64,000 bases of DNA from Vulcanimicrobiota bacterium (GTDB lineage: Bacteria; Vulcanimicrobiota; Vulcanimicrobiia; Vulcanimicrobiales; Vulcanimicrobiaceae): positions 1-64,000 of the forward strand of contig CAWAXX010000018.1 in assembly GCA_963786105.1 (NCBI GenBank). Reading direction: 5' to 3'. The notes beneath the pieces are model-generated. The model worked only from the letters and a program-made list of their open reading frames with translations, did no database searches and was not told the DNA's origin. The stretch's first letter is position 1. Each line of letters begins with the position of its first letter. Shown here in pieces: positions 32,549-41,901 of this stretch. The position numbers and the translations under genes were made by a program.

Positions 32549-33069
32549 GACGCCACATTGCGTTGGTTGGGTTCATGGCATCGGGTAAGTCGACGATCGG
32601 CAAGCGGCTCGCGCGCAAGCTCAAATGCGCGTTCTTCGACACCGACGATTTAGTCGTGCGCGAACACGGCGCCGTCTCGGATATATTCTACAACGAAGGT
32701 GAGGGAGCGTTCCGCCGCTACGAGAGCGCCGCGCTCGAACACGTGTTGGAAGAAGGAGAACCCGGGGTCGTGGCGCTCGGCGGCGGTGCGCTTACCATCG
32801 ACGAGAACCAAAAGCTGCTCAAGAAACGGGCCTATCGGGTATTTATCAAGATTTCACCCGAACAGGCTCTGGAGAGACTACGCCGCAGCCGGTGGGTGCG
32901 CCCGCTGCTCGGCCCGACGCCGTCGCTGGCAAAGATCAAGGAAATCTACACGCGGCGGATGCCGCAGTACGCGCACGCCGACCACGTCGTCGAAGCCGAC
33001 CACCTGAGCACTTCGCAAGTCGTCGACAACATCATCGAGTGGTTGCACAAGAAGAAGATCGAGATCTAA
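32545..33069 (+). CDS. aroK: Shikimate kinase
   Basis: GFMASGKST, GE..FR..E, LGGG, RPLL. Confidence 0.95.
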   Translation: MRRHIALVGFMASGKSTIGKRLARKLKCAFFDTDDLVVREHGAVSDIFYNEGEGAFRRYESAALEHVLEEGEPGVVALGGGALTIDENQKLLKKRAYRVFIKISPEQALERLRRSRWVRPLLGPTPSLAKIKEIYTRRMPQYAHADHVVEADHLSTSQVVDNIIEWLHKKKIEI

Positions 33070-34148
33070 GCCTGCCGGTCGTCAACCACGACCTGGGCTA
33101 TCCGGTGACGATCGGCGACGGCCTGCGCAGCGACATCGCGCGCTTCGTGCGCGAGCGGGGCGCGCCGGTCGTCGTGGTGTGCGACGCCAATCCGCACGTC
33201 CGACGTATTGCCGGCGCCATCGCGGCCGCGCTGCGCCTCAATGAGGATGCCGTAATCGGCGTTGCGCTGGGAGAATCGCGTAAACGCCTGACGACGGTCG
33301 AGCACGTTCTCGAGCGCCTGTTCGCCGCCGGCGCCGACCGCGGCACGCTGCTTCTCGGCGTCGGCGGCGGGGTTGCCGGCGATACGTTCGGATTCGCGGC
33401 AGCCACCTACATGCGCGGCATTACGTACGCGCACGTGGCGACCTCGCTGGTTGCGATGGTCGACGCGGCCATCGGCGGCAAGACCGGCGTCGACCTGCGC
33501 GACGGCAAGAACCTCGCCGGCGTTTTCAAGGATCCGATCGCGGTGTTTTGCGACGTCTCCGCGCTGTAGACGCTGCCGTTCCGGTCGTTACGCGAAGGCT
33601 TAGCCGAGGTCGTCAAGTCCGGCGTCATCGAGGGACACGACTTGTTCGACTCGCTCGAGGTTCTGTCGCCGCATCCGTTTGGAAAATGGCCGTGGGCATC
33701 GGTCATCGCTGCCACCGTAAAAGTGAAGTCGGCGATCGTTGCCGACGACCGTCACGAAGCGGGCATGCGCGAACTGCTCAACCTCGGGCATACGTTTGCG
33801 CACGCCATTGAACGCGCGTCGGACTACCGCGTCGGTCACGGTGCGGCCGTCGCGGTCGGGTTGCGCGGCGCCGGGCTACTCGCGCTGCGAACCGGCCGTT
33901 TCAGCGAGCGCGAGCATCTGCGCGTTCTAGCGCTGCTGGCACTGCTGGGTTTGCCGATGCGCACCTCGGTCGATCCCAACGCGATCTTCGCGGCGATGCG
34001 CGGTGATAAGAAGCGGCGCGGCGGCAAGCTGCGATTCGTGCTCCCGCGCGCGATCGGCGACGTGGAATACGGCGTCATCGGTAACGAGCGCACCGTTCGA
34101 TCGGTGCTTGCGCGCCTGCAGCGGCCGCCCGAGGCCCTACGCCGATAG
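33039..34148 (+). pseudogene. aroB: 3-dehydroquinate synthase interrupted by an in-frame TAG at 33567-33569 (pseudogene or sequence error)
   Basis: GGGVAGD...YMRG...VDAAIGGKTG, then AL*TLP.R....GLAEVVK...LNLGHTFAHAIE...HGAAV in a single frame. Confidence 0.85.
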
Positions 34149-36541
34149 TTCGCGTCGTCGACGTCTTACCCGCGATTCGCTCGTCGCGCTTCGATCTGCC
34201 GCTCACCTACGACGCCGGCGACCTCGAACTGACCGTCGGCGACGTCGTTCGCGTAACCGTCCGCAATCGCGAGGTCGTCGCGTTCGTCGTGTCACCGGTC
34301 AGCGAATCCGCTCCCGCAGAGCGCGCGCTCAAACCCGTGTTCGAGCGGCTCGGCGTTCCACGCGCGTTCGACGAGGACGGGCTGCACCTGGCGCGCTTCG
34401 TAGCAGATCGGTACATTTGCACGCTGGGCGACGCGCTCGGCGCGGTCGTGTTCTCGGGCGCCGTTCCGCGGATTCGCGATACGTTTGCGTTCGCCGGGGC
34501 CCGGCCGGATGCCGAGCGTTATCCCTCGATTCCGCCGCGCCTCATACGGCTGATTTGGGAAGATTTTTCGGACGGCTTCGAACTCGAGCGGCTGCTTCGC
34601 CATCCCGACGCCCGGCGGGCCGGCGATCGCGGCGCGCTGCTGCGGCACGTGCAGAGTCTAGTCCGCGGCGGCGACCTGCGGCGGGAGCGCCGCTTGACCG
34701 ATCCGCGGACGCGCGAATATCGCGTCAAGGTGCTCGAACTCGGAGACGCGGCGATCAGGGGGAAGAAGGCGGAAGGATTGGTCGCTTTCGTGCGCGCGCA
34801 ACCCGGCGGTGTTCCACGCGCCGACGCGCTACTAGCGGGCTTTTCCAACGCCGTGATCGCGCGAACGGTCAAGGCCGGCGCCTTGCGCGAGCGCGAGATT
34901 GCGCCGGCGGCAGCGGCTCGGGAAGGCGCCACCGTTGAAGCCCCCGCGCTGCCTCCAACCGCGGAGCAAACTGCGGCCCTCGAGCGCATCGCTCGCTCTC
35001 TCGACGCGGGCCGATTCGACGAGACGTTATTATACGGGGTGACCGGGAGCGGCAAGACGTACGTCTATGTCGAGGCCATCAAACGCGTGGTGCGCGAAGG
35101 GGGCCGCGCGATCGTTCTGGTTCCCGAGATTTCGTTGACGCCTCAGACGGCCCGTCGGTTCGAGGCGGCCTTCGGACGGCGCGTCGCCGTGCTCCACTCG
35201 GCGCTGTCGGAGCGCGAGCGCTTCGACGCCTGGCAAGCCTGCCGGCGCGACGAGATCGACGTGCTCGTTGGGGCGCGCAGCGCGGTTTTCGCGCCGCTGC
35301 ACGGCGTGCGCCTGCTGATCGTCGACGAGTCGCACGAGACCTCGTACAAGCAGGACACGGTGCCGCGGTATCATGCGGTCGCCGTCGCCCGCGAGCGAAT
35401 GCGGCGCGAAGACGGGGCGCTGCTGCTCGGGAGTGCCACGCCGTCGGTGGAGAGTTACGCGGCGGCGCGCGCCGGTAAGATCGGCCTGGTCGAAATGCAC
35501 CGCCGGGCGACCAATCTGCCGATGCCGGCCGTCCGCGTCGTGGACCTCGGCGAAGAGTTCGAAAGCGGCAACCGCCGGATCTTTAGCAGCGCCCTGGTGC
35601 AGGCGCTGGCCGCGCGGATCGATCGCGGCGAGAAGAGCGTGCTCTTCGTTAATCGCCGCGGAAGCGCCGGCTTCATACTGTGCCGACGCTGCGGAACGGT
35701 ACCGCAGTGTCCGCGTTGCAGCGTCTCGTTGTCGGTTCATCGCAGCGAAGAGTTGCTCCGCTGCCACTATTGCGACTATCAAACGCGCTTGCCCAACGCA
35801 TGTCCGGCGTGCGGCAGCGATACGATTCGCGAGTTCGGAATCGGCACTGAGGCCGTCGCCGAAGAGGTGCGCCGGCTCTTTCCGGAGGCGCGCGTGCTGC
35901 GGATGGACTCCGATACCACCACGCGCGTCGGCGACCACGCGCGAATTCTCGACGCATTCGAACAAGGCGGCGACGTGTTGGTCGGCACTCAAATGGTCGC
36001 CAAGGGCCTCGACTTTGCCGCCGTGACGCTCTCCGCGGTGGTGGCAGCGGACATCGGTTTGCACGCGCCGGACTTTCGCGCGGCCGAGCGCAGTTTCGGA
36101 TTGATCGCCCAGGTGTGCGGGCGCAGCGGACGCGCGAGCGCGGGAGAAGCTCTCGTCCAAACCTACGCTCCCAACGAACCGGCGATCGTGTATGCGGCGA
36201 ATCACGATTACCCCGGCTTCGCCGTTGGGGAGCTGCGCGACCGCGAGGCGCTGGGCTATCCGCCGGCGCGCCGCCTGATCTACCTCGGGGTCATTTCGCG
36301 CGCCCGCGAGGAGGCGCTAAACGCCGCGCGGCGCTACGCGCGCGTGTTGGAATCCGTCGAGCGATCCGAGGTTCTCGGACCGGCTCCGTATCCGATCGCG
36401 CGACTCAACGGAGAGTGGCGATTTCGCATCGCGGTCAAAACCGCCAAGCCGGCGGTCTTGCGCGCCGCCATCCGCAAACGCGTTCTGCCAGCCGCACGAG
36501 CCGACCGGCAGACGCGGCTCGCCATCAACGTGGATCCTTAA
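34145..36541 (+). CDS. priA: Primosomal protein N' (replication restart helicase)
   Basis: GVTGSGKT, LVPEISLTPQ, DESH, eight-Cys zinc region, GTQMVAKGLD; the N-terminal domain extends upstream of the GTG at 34289 to about 34145. Confidence 0.95.
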   Translation: MVRVVDVLPAIRSSRFDLPLTYDAGDLELTVGDVVRVTVRNREVVAFVVSPVSESAPAERALKPVFERLGVPRAFDEDGLHLARFVADRYICTLGDALGAVVFSGAVPRIRDTFAFAGARPDAERYPSIPPRLIRLIWEDFSDGFELERLLRHPDARRAGDRGALLRHVQSLVRGGDLRRERRLTDPRTREYRVKVLELGDAAIRGKKAEGLVAFVRAQPGGVPRADALLAGFSNAVIARTVKAGALREREIAPAAAAREGATVEAPALPPTAEQTAALERIARSLDAGRFDETLLYGVTGSGKTYVYVEAIKRVVREGGRAIVLVPEISLTPQTARRFEAAFGRRVAVLHSALSERERFDAWQACRRDEIDVLVGARSAVFAPLHGVRLLIVDESHETSYKQDTVPRYHAVAVARERMRREDGALLLGSATPSVESYAAARAGKIGLVEMHRRATNLPMPAVRVVDLGEEFESGNRRIFSSALVQALAARIDRGEKSVLFVNRRGSAGFILCRRCGTVPQCPRCSVSLSVHRSEELLRCHYCDYQTRLPNACPACGSDTIREFGIGTEAVAEEVRRLFPEARVLRMDSDTTTRVGDHARILDAFEQGGDVLVGTQMVAKGLDFAAVTLSAVVAADIGLHAPDFRAAERSFGLIAQVCGRSGRASAGEALVQTYAPNEPAIVYAANHDYPGFAVGELRDREALGYPPARRLIYLGVISRAREEALNAARRYARVLESVERSEVLGPAPYPIARLNGEWRFRIAVKTAKPAVLRAAIRKRVLPAARADRQTRLAINVDP

Positions 36542-37731
36542 CGCGGAGCTCGTCGCAGCGCCGATGCCGGTAACACGATCTGCGAGAGCAGCAAGCCGGC
36601 GACGATTTGAATCGCCGCTACGATCGTGTTTGCCGCCTGAATCAATGCGCTGTCGATATTGTGCTGAAACGCGAACAGCACGCTCTCATAGCTCAAGCTG
36701 CCGGGCACTAGCACGACGAGCGCCGGCACCAACATGATCGCTTGCGGCACGCGCAGGTAACGCGCGCCCGTATTGGCGACGAGACCGCAGATAAAAGCCG
36801 CGAGGAAAGCCGAGACGGCGTGTGCCGACGTTCCGGCGAGGACGTGTGCGGTGAGCAGTGCAACGAAGCTCGACGCGAAGACCCACGAGAAGTCGCGCAG
36901 ACGCGCATCGAGGGTGATCGACATGCCCACTGCCATGCCGATCGAAGCGAGAATCCACCACGTTGCCGCGACCGGATGGCTTTGAACGCTGCCCGTGCTG
37001 ATCACCCACGGCACGATGGCCAACCCGAGAAATGCACCGCAACCCAGCGCGAGCAAAACGGAAAGGACGCGGCCGAGACGAGCCACGCCGGCGACCAGGA
37101 AGTCGTTAGCCAGTTCGTGTAACGCGAGCGTAAGGGAGTAACCGGGTAAGATGACCACGATGCCGGCGATGATGGAAATATAGATATTGGTCGGCCCGAG
37201 CAACTTCGTATACGCAGCGACGATCAGGGTGGCGGCAAAGGATGCGGCTACTGCGAACAGCCGAGCCATTACGGCGCTTTTGGCGGAGATGGTGCTAAGC
37301 GCTCCCGTGCACATGCCGATGGTCGCCGAAACGATGAGTTCGCGTGCTCCGCCGCCCAAAATCATGGTGACGCCGACGGCAATCAACGCGAGCGCCGGGA
37401 CTTCGAGCCACGCGGGCATCCCCGGCCAGCGGCTGTCCACTTCAGAGACTCGCGCGGTAGCCTCGGCGAGGTCGATGCGACCGGATCGCAGAGCGTCGTA
37501 GGTCTCGTTGAGCAACGCAATCTTGCGCAGGCTGACGCGGCCGGGTTCCAGCCGCATCATCACGGTGTGCTGCTGCCACGTCGGACCGACGGCGATCGTG
37601 ATGTACGTGGGAAGCGCGAATATCTCGACCTCGAGGCCAATCGAGGCGGCGACGTCGCCGAGCGTTTGCTCTATGGCGTCGGTAGCGATCCCGGCGCGGT
37701 GCAGCTCGCGACCCAGCGTCGCGAGAAACAC
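36538..37731 (-). CDS. ThrE-family threonine/serine exporter
   Basis: Soluble N-terminal domain then ~10 TM; ILPGYSLT.ALHELA..L..G..R; LVPG. Confidence 0.85.
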   Translation of the reverse strand: MFLATLGRELHRAGIATDAIEQTLGDVAASIGLEVEIFALPTYITIAVGPTWQQHTVMMRLEPGRVSLRKIALLNETYDALRSGRIDLAEATARVSEVDSRWPGMPAWLEVPALALIAVGVTMILGGGARELIVSATIGMCTGALSTISAKSAVMARLFAVAASFAATLIVAAYTKLLGPTNIYISIIAGIVVILPGYSLTLALHELANDFLVAGVARLGRVLSVLLALGCGAFLGLAIVPWVISTGSVQSHPVAATWWILASIGMAVGMSITLDARLRDFSWVFASSFVALLTAHVLAGTSAHAVSAFLAAFICGLVANTGARYLRVPQAIMLVPALVVLVPGSLSYESVLFAFQHNIDSALIQAANTIVAAIQIVAGLLLSQIVLPASALRRAPR

Positions 37732-37748
37732 CTCGCGCGGATCGGGCG

Positions 37749-38072
37749 CTACTTCTTGGCGGCCTTCTTGGACGCGGCGGCGGATTTCTTCGATTTCGTC
37801 GCCTTCGTTCTGGCCGTTTTCACCGGCGCGGTCGAAGCGCGCGCGATCGCCTTCGCAAGCCGGGCCTTCTTACGCGCGGCTTTGTTCTTATGGATGATGC
37901 CTTTGCCGGCCGCCTTGTCCAGGGCGCTCTCGACCGATGCCGCCGGCACGTCGCTCCCGAGCGCTGCGGCCTTCTTGTAGAGCGTCTTCAAGCGCGTAGC
38001 GGCATCCTTGTTGCGCGTCGTGCGCTTCTCGGACTGCCGGGACCATTTTTCAGCGGCTTTAATGTTGGGCAA
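37749..38072 (-). CDS. rpsT: 30S ribosomal protein S20 with Lys/Ala-rich tail
   Basis: TTG start; PNIKAAEK...RN...LDKAAGKGIIHKNKAARKKARL. Confidence 0.93.
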   Translation of the reverse strand: MPNIKAAEKWSRQSEKRTTRNKDAATRLKTLYKKAAALGSDVPAASVESALDKAAGKGIIHKNKAARKKARLAKAIARASTAPVKTARTKATKSKKSAAASKKAAKK

Positions 38073-38119
38073 ACGGGATCTCTCTTTCGTGAAAGCGCCG
38101 GGCAACGGCCAGAAGTATA

Positions 38120-38842
38120 TCAGCCCGGCTTGGGAGTGTCTAGCGCGGGCTCGGCGGGAACGATCGTCTCGGCCGGCCGGTCGGGCGTCCGAATCAGGAC
38201 GATGCCGGTAGCGACGATCCAAACGGCCGACGGGAGCGCCCCCATCAGACCCGGACCAGGACCGGTGGGCGACATGGTCGGATCGGTGTGGAAAATGGAG
38301 AGCGTCGAGTACGCAGCTCCGAAAGCCGCGAGATAACCGAGCCAAGCGAGCCACGGCGGTGCGGAATGATGGCGACGCATGCTATGAGCGGCGGCAAACA
38401 GGAAGATGGCCACCGGAGCGTAGCCGAGCCCTTCCTGGGTGAAGATGAAGGCGGCGTAAATCCCCGCCAGGCCGTTAGCTTGGAACGTTTCCGGCCGGAC
38501 GTATACCAGGGCCGTTTGAAACGAAGCCGCCAGCAGTGCCTCGGTTGTCATGACGACGCCGGCGATCAGCGCGAACGTGGGTAAGCCTTCGGGACGCCCG
38601 GGCGCCTGGCTCAGGTAGCCGCGCAGGCCTACCAGAAACCAGAGGAAGAACGCGGCCGCCGGAAAGCTTAGCCAGGCCCCAAACAGCAAATTGCTGCGGT
38701 TCATGTCGATCAGCAGGGCGAGGTGGGCGGGATCGTACGTCGGTGGGGCGAGCGGGCTGGTCTTGTACGTCGCAATCATGAGAACGGCGACGAAGCATAG
38801 TGCCGACCAGCCGGCGGAACGTTCCGCGTGGACGTTTTGCAT
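38120..38842 (-). CDS. Hypothetical multi-pass membrane protein
   Basis: About 6 TM helices; AAGGAG RBS. Confidence 0.7.
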   Translation of the reverse strand: MQNVHAERSAGWSALCFVAVLMIATYKTSPLAPPTYDPAHLALLIDMNRSNLLFGAWLSFPAAAFFLWFLVGLRGYLSQAPGRPEGLPTFALIAGVVMTTEALLAASFQTALVYVRPETFQANGLAGIYAAFIFTQEGLGYAPVAIFLFAAAHSMRRHHSAPPWLAWLGYLAAFGAAYSTLSIFHTDPTMSPTGPGPGLMGALPSAVWIVATGIVLIRTPDRPAETIVPAEPALDTPKPG

Positions 38843-38891
38843 AGTAGGCGCTCCTTAACGCTTTGGGAAGACGCTCCTCCCCGGCTCCGCG

Positions 38892-39779
38892 CTAAGTAGG
38901 CTCCGCGAGAATTCGTGCGTAACTCGCATACCGGCTGTTCGCGATGCGCCCTTCGGAGAGCGCCGCCAGCACGGCGCAATCGGGTTCGTGCAGATGCGTG
39001 CAGTCGCTGAAACGGCATCGCTGCATCGGCTCGCACATCTCCCGAAAACCCGGAGCCAGCTCGGCCGGCGCGATCTTTCCGAGGCCGAACTCGTTAACGC
39101 CAGGGCTGTCGATCAGAAAGCCGTCGCCCATCCGATACAGTCGCGCCGTCGTGGTCGTTTGGCGCCCGACTCCGAAGCGCGAAACATCGCCGACGACGGC
39201 CTGACCGCCGAGCGCGCGAAAAATCGTGCTCTTTCCGACGCCCGAGTTGCCCGCCAGCATCGCCCGATGACCTCGGATCGCCTCGCGCAGCGCATCGACG
39301 TTTTCGCCGCGTTTCGGATTGACGACGATCGCCGGATACTCGAGCCCGCGATAGATCCCAACGAGGCGCTCTATGTCGTCCGGCTCGCTGAGGTCCGGCT
39401 TCGTAAACACTGGGACCGCGCCGACGTTTTGCAACTCGCAGAACGCCAAGATCTGATCGAGCGTCACTAGCCGCGGCGCCGGGTTCGCAAGCGCCGTTAC
39501 GACGACCAGCAGATCGACGTTTGCCGCCATCGTCTTCGAACGCCCGCGCGACGCGCGCCGCTCGAGCGTGAAAGCCCGTGGTTCGATGCGTTCGACCACG
39601 GCGGCTCCGTCCTCGAGCGGCCGAACGCTGACGACGTCACCCGGCACCGGCATGAAGCGTTTTCCGGTCATTCGGCGCAGTTGCGCGAGGCGCGGTTCAG
39701 ATTCGCCATCGACGGAGATCCATGCGGAATTCTTCCCGGTTGCAAGCACGAGCGCGCGCCGCGGCTCGTCTACGCGCAA
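38892..39779 (-). CDS. rsgA: Small ribosomal subunit biogenesis GTPase RsgA
   Basis: AANVD, TKPD, GNSGVGKS, GRQTTT, IDSPG, CRFSDCTHLHEPDC. Confidence 0.95.
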   Translation of the reverse strand: MRVDEPRRALVLATGKNSAWISVDGESEPRLAQLRRMTGKRFMPVPGDVVSVRPLEDGAAVVERIEPRAFTLERRASRGRSKTMAANVDLLVVVTALANPAPRLVTLDQILAFCELQNVGAVPVFTKPDLSEPDDIERLVGIYRGLEYPAIVVNPKRGENVDALREAIRGHRAMLAGNSGVGKSTIFRALGGQAVVGDVSRFGVGRQTTTTARLYRMGDGFLIDSPGVNEFGLGKIAPAELAPGFREMCEPMQRCRFSDCTHLHEPDCAVLAALSEGRIANSRYASYARILAEPT

Positions 39780-39814
39780 GATTGAGCCGCGTCGGCGCCT
39801 AACGAAGTCCGCAC

Positions 39815-40360
39815 GTGATCTTTATAACCGTGAGGACCACCGGTGCGAGCGATGACGCGCTGCACGCTAGGATCGATCTAGCCGTCGGCGCGCTCGGCGG
39901 GCGCAGCCGCTGGCGCAATTCGGCTCGAGCCTCGCGGTCGTACGGTCTGCTGGAACTGCCCGACGGGCAACGTGGCGCGACCCTAGCTGCGGCGGGCGGC
40001 GCGATCGTCTTCGAGTCGCCGATCATCGCTCTTGCAGTTTTCCCCGCGGTTGCCGAAGCCTTGCCGACGTTGCTCGCGGCCCTGGCCGGAGCCGGCCGGC
40101 CTGGCGGCGTGGTGGCGTGCGAGCCGATCGACGGCGGCATCGCGATCGAGTGGGATCCGCAGCGAACGAGCGCCGGCATCGTATTGGGGATCGTTGACGT
40201 CGAGTTGGCGCGGTTTCACAGCGGCCGCACCGCCGAGTTGCTGACGCCGTTGCCGCCGGCCTGGGTCGCCGAGATTGCCGCGGATGGCTTGCAGGCTGCC
40301 GGCATGTCCTCAGACCGCGTCCTCGAAGATCTGATCGAGCGAGCCGGTCTCCATGCTTAG
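39815..40360 (+). CDS. Hypothetical protein, first gene of the cdaA operon
   Basis: Overlaps the cdaA start; no family recognised. Confidence 0.6.
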   Translation: MIFITVRTTGASDDALHARIDLAVGALGGRSRWRNSARASRSYGLLELPDGQRGATLAAAGGAIVFESPIIALAVFPAVAEALPTLLAALAGAGRPGGVVACEPIDGGIAIEWDPQRTSAGIVLGIVDVELARFHSGRTAELLTPLPPAWVAEIAADGLQAAGMSSDRVLEDLIERAGLHA

Positions 40361-41252
40361 CACGGTTTTTTCCTACGTCGGGATCACCGACGTCCTCGAC
40401 GTCATCGCCACGAGCGTCGTCATTTACTACTTGCTGCTGCTCATTCGAGGAACGCGCGCGGTGCAAATCCTCATGGGCATCCTGGTGTTGGTCGCGCTGC
40501 TCGGGATTGCGAACCTGCTGCACCTATACTTGCTCGTAACGATTCTGCAACTGCTGGTCGTCGGCGCGGCGGTCACCATACCGATCGTATTTCAGCCCGA
40601 GCTGCGCCGCGCGCTCGAACAGATCGGACGCGGCGGCCTCTTCCGAATAGACAGCGACGACCGTGGCGGGGGGGCGCTGACGCGGCCGGAAGACAGTGCC
40701 ATTGCCGCGCTTGCGCAGGCCGCATTCTTGCTGTCGCGATCCAAGCTCGGGGGGCTTATCGTGATCGAACAACAGAGCGGACTCAAAGAGTTCTGCGAGA
40801 CCGGAACGGCGCTCGATGCACGTCTCTCGACGGAACTCCTGCTCTCGATCTTCATGCCGCGCTCGCCGCTGCACGACGGTGCGGCGATCGTGCGCGAAAA
40901 TCAGATCGTGGCCGCCGGGTGTTTTTTGCCGCTGGCAGAGCAGTCGGCCCTCACCGCCGGACGCATCGGAACGCGCCATCGCGCCGCCCTCGGCTTGACC
41001 GAGCAGACCGACGCCGTCGTCGTGATCGTCTCCGAGGAAACGGGCGCGATTTCAATCGCCCGGGACGGTAAGCTTTCGCGCCCTGTAGAGGAAGAGCCGC
41101 GTTTGGTGAAGATGCTTTTGGCGGTGACGCGGCCGCCGCGTCACGCGCGTCATCTCCGCAACGATTTAGTTTCGCATCTTCGTTCGCGGTTGATGCCGCC
41201 GCGCGACACGGAGAAGCCACGTGCAGATCATCCGCAGGAACTTCGCACTTAA
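40353..41252 (+). CDS. cdaA: Diadenylate cyclase CdaA/DacA
   Basis: Three N-terminal TM, FQPELRRALEQIG, PLHDGA, GTRHRAA, VSEETG. Confidence 0.96.
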   Translation: MLSTVFSYVGITDVLDVIATSVVIYYLLLLIRGTRAVQILMGILVLVALLGIANLLHLYLLVTILQLLVVGAAVTIPIVFQPELRRALEQIGRGGLFRIDSDDRGGGALTRPEDSAIAALAQAAFLLSRSKLGGLIVIEQQSGLKEFCETGTALDARLSTELLLSIFMPRSPLHDGAAIVRENQIVAAGCFLPLAEQSALTAGRIGTRHRAALGLTEQTDAVVVIVSEETGAISIARDGKLSRPVEEEPRLVKMLLAVTRPPRHARHLRNDLVSHLRSRLMPPRDTEKPRADHPQELRT

Positions 41253-41901
41253 AGCCCTCGCCGTTTGCCTCGCGATCGTCGGATGGGCGTACTTTCGCTT
41301 CGCCACCAATCCGATCGTCGCGGCGGCCCGGTTCGCACAACAGATCTCGGTGCCGATTACCGCGGTAAATCTGCCACCGGGATACGTCGCTCACTTCACC
41401 GACCGCGAAGCCGTCGTGACGGTCGAAACCCGACGCGGCGATGCAGCGCTCAAACCCGACGAAATCAAAGCGTTGCTGGACCTTTCCAACAAGGGGTCCG
41501 GTGTGTACAACGTTCCGGTCGCGCTCGTCGCGCCCGCGATAGCAATCCAAAGTTTGAGCCCGGCGTCGGTGACGCTGACGATCGAGAAAGTTGAGAGCCA
41601 GCCGTATCCTCTTTCGCTCCACTACGTCGGCGGCAGCCAGCCCGGCACGATTGTGGTTACCGGCGTGCAGCTCGCGCCGAAGGTGGTCACCGTTCAAGGC
41701 TCGGCGACGCTATTGGCCCAGGTCGCCGCGGTCCACCTCGACGTCGCGTTGCCCAACGAACCGAAGACGCTGGACGAAATGGTGCGGCCGGTCGCGGTCG
41801 ACGCGCAGGGCGGGGAAATCGGCGGATTGGAGATCACTCCGAACTTAGTCCGCGTGCAAATGCACCTGATCGCGGGTACGGGCGCGGCGGTGAAACGGTG
41901 A
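41221..41901 (+). CDS. cdaR: CdaR/YbbR-domain regulator
   Basis: N-terminal LK.LAV.LAI..W TM, beta-rich YbbR-like repeats, located between cdaA and glmM. Confidence 0.85.
   Translation: MQIIRRNFALKALAVCLAIVGWAYFRFATNPIVAAARFAQQISVPITAVNLPPGYVAHFTDREAVVTVETRRGDAALKPDEIKALLDLSNKGSGVYNVPVALVAPAIAIQSLSPASVTLTIEKVESQPYPLSLHYVGGSQPGTIVVTGVQLAPKVVTVQGSATLLAQVAAVHLDVALPNEPKTLDEMVRPVAVDAQGGEIGGLEITPNLVRVQMHLIAGTGAAVKR

Noticed and set aside
33061..33075. Apparent missing start or aroK-aroB frameshift fusion
   Set aside because: An in-frame GTG at 33039 provides an ordinary overlapping start
33567..33569. Pyrrolysine or genome-wide TAG recoding as the explanation for aroB
   Set aside because: TAG terminates many conserved genes at expected positions (dnaE, ftsA, ftsZ, glmM, glmS) and no pyl genes are in the window
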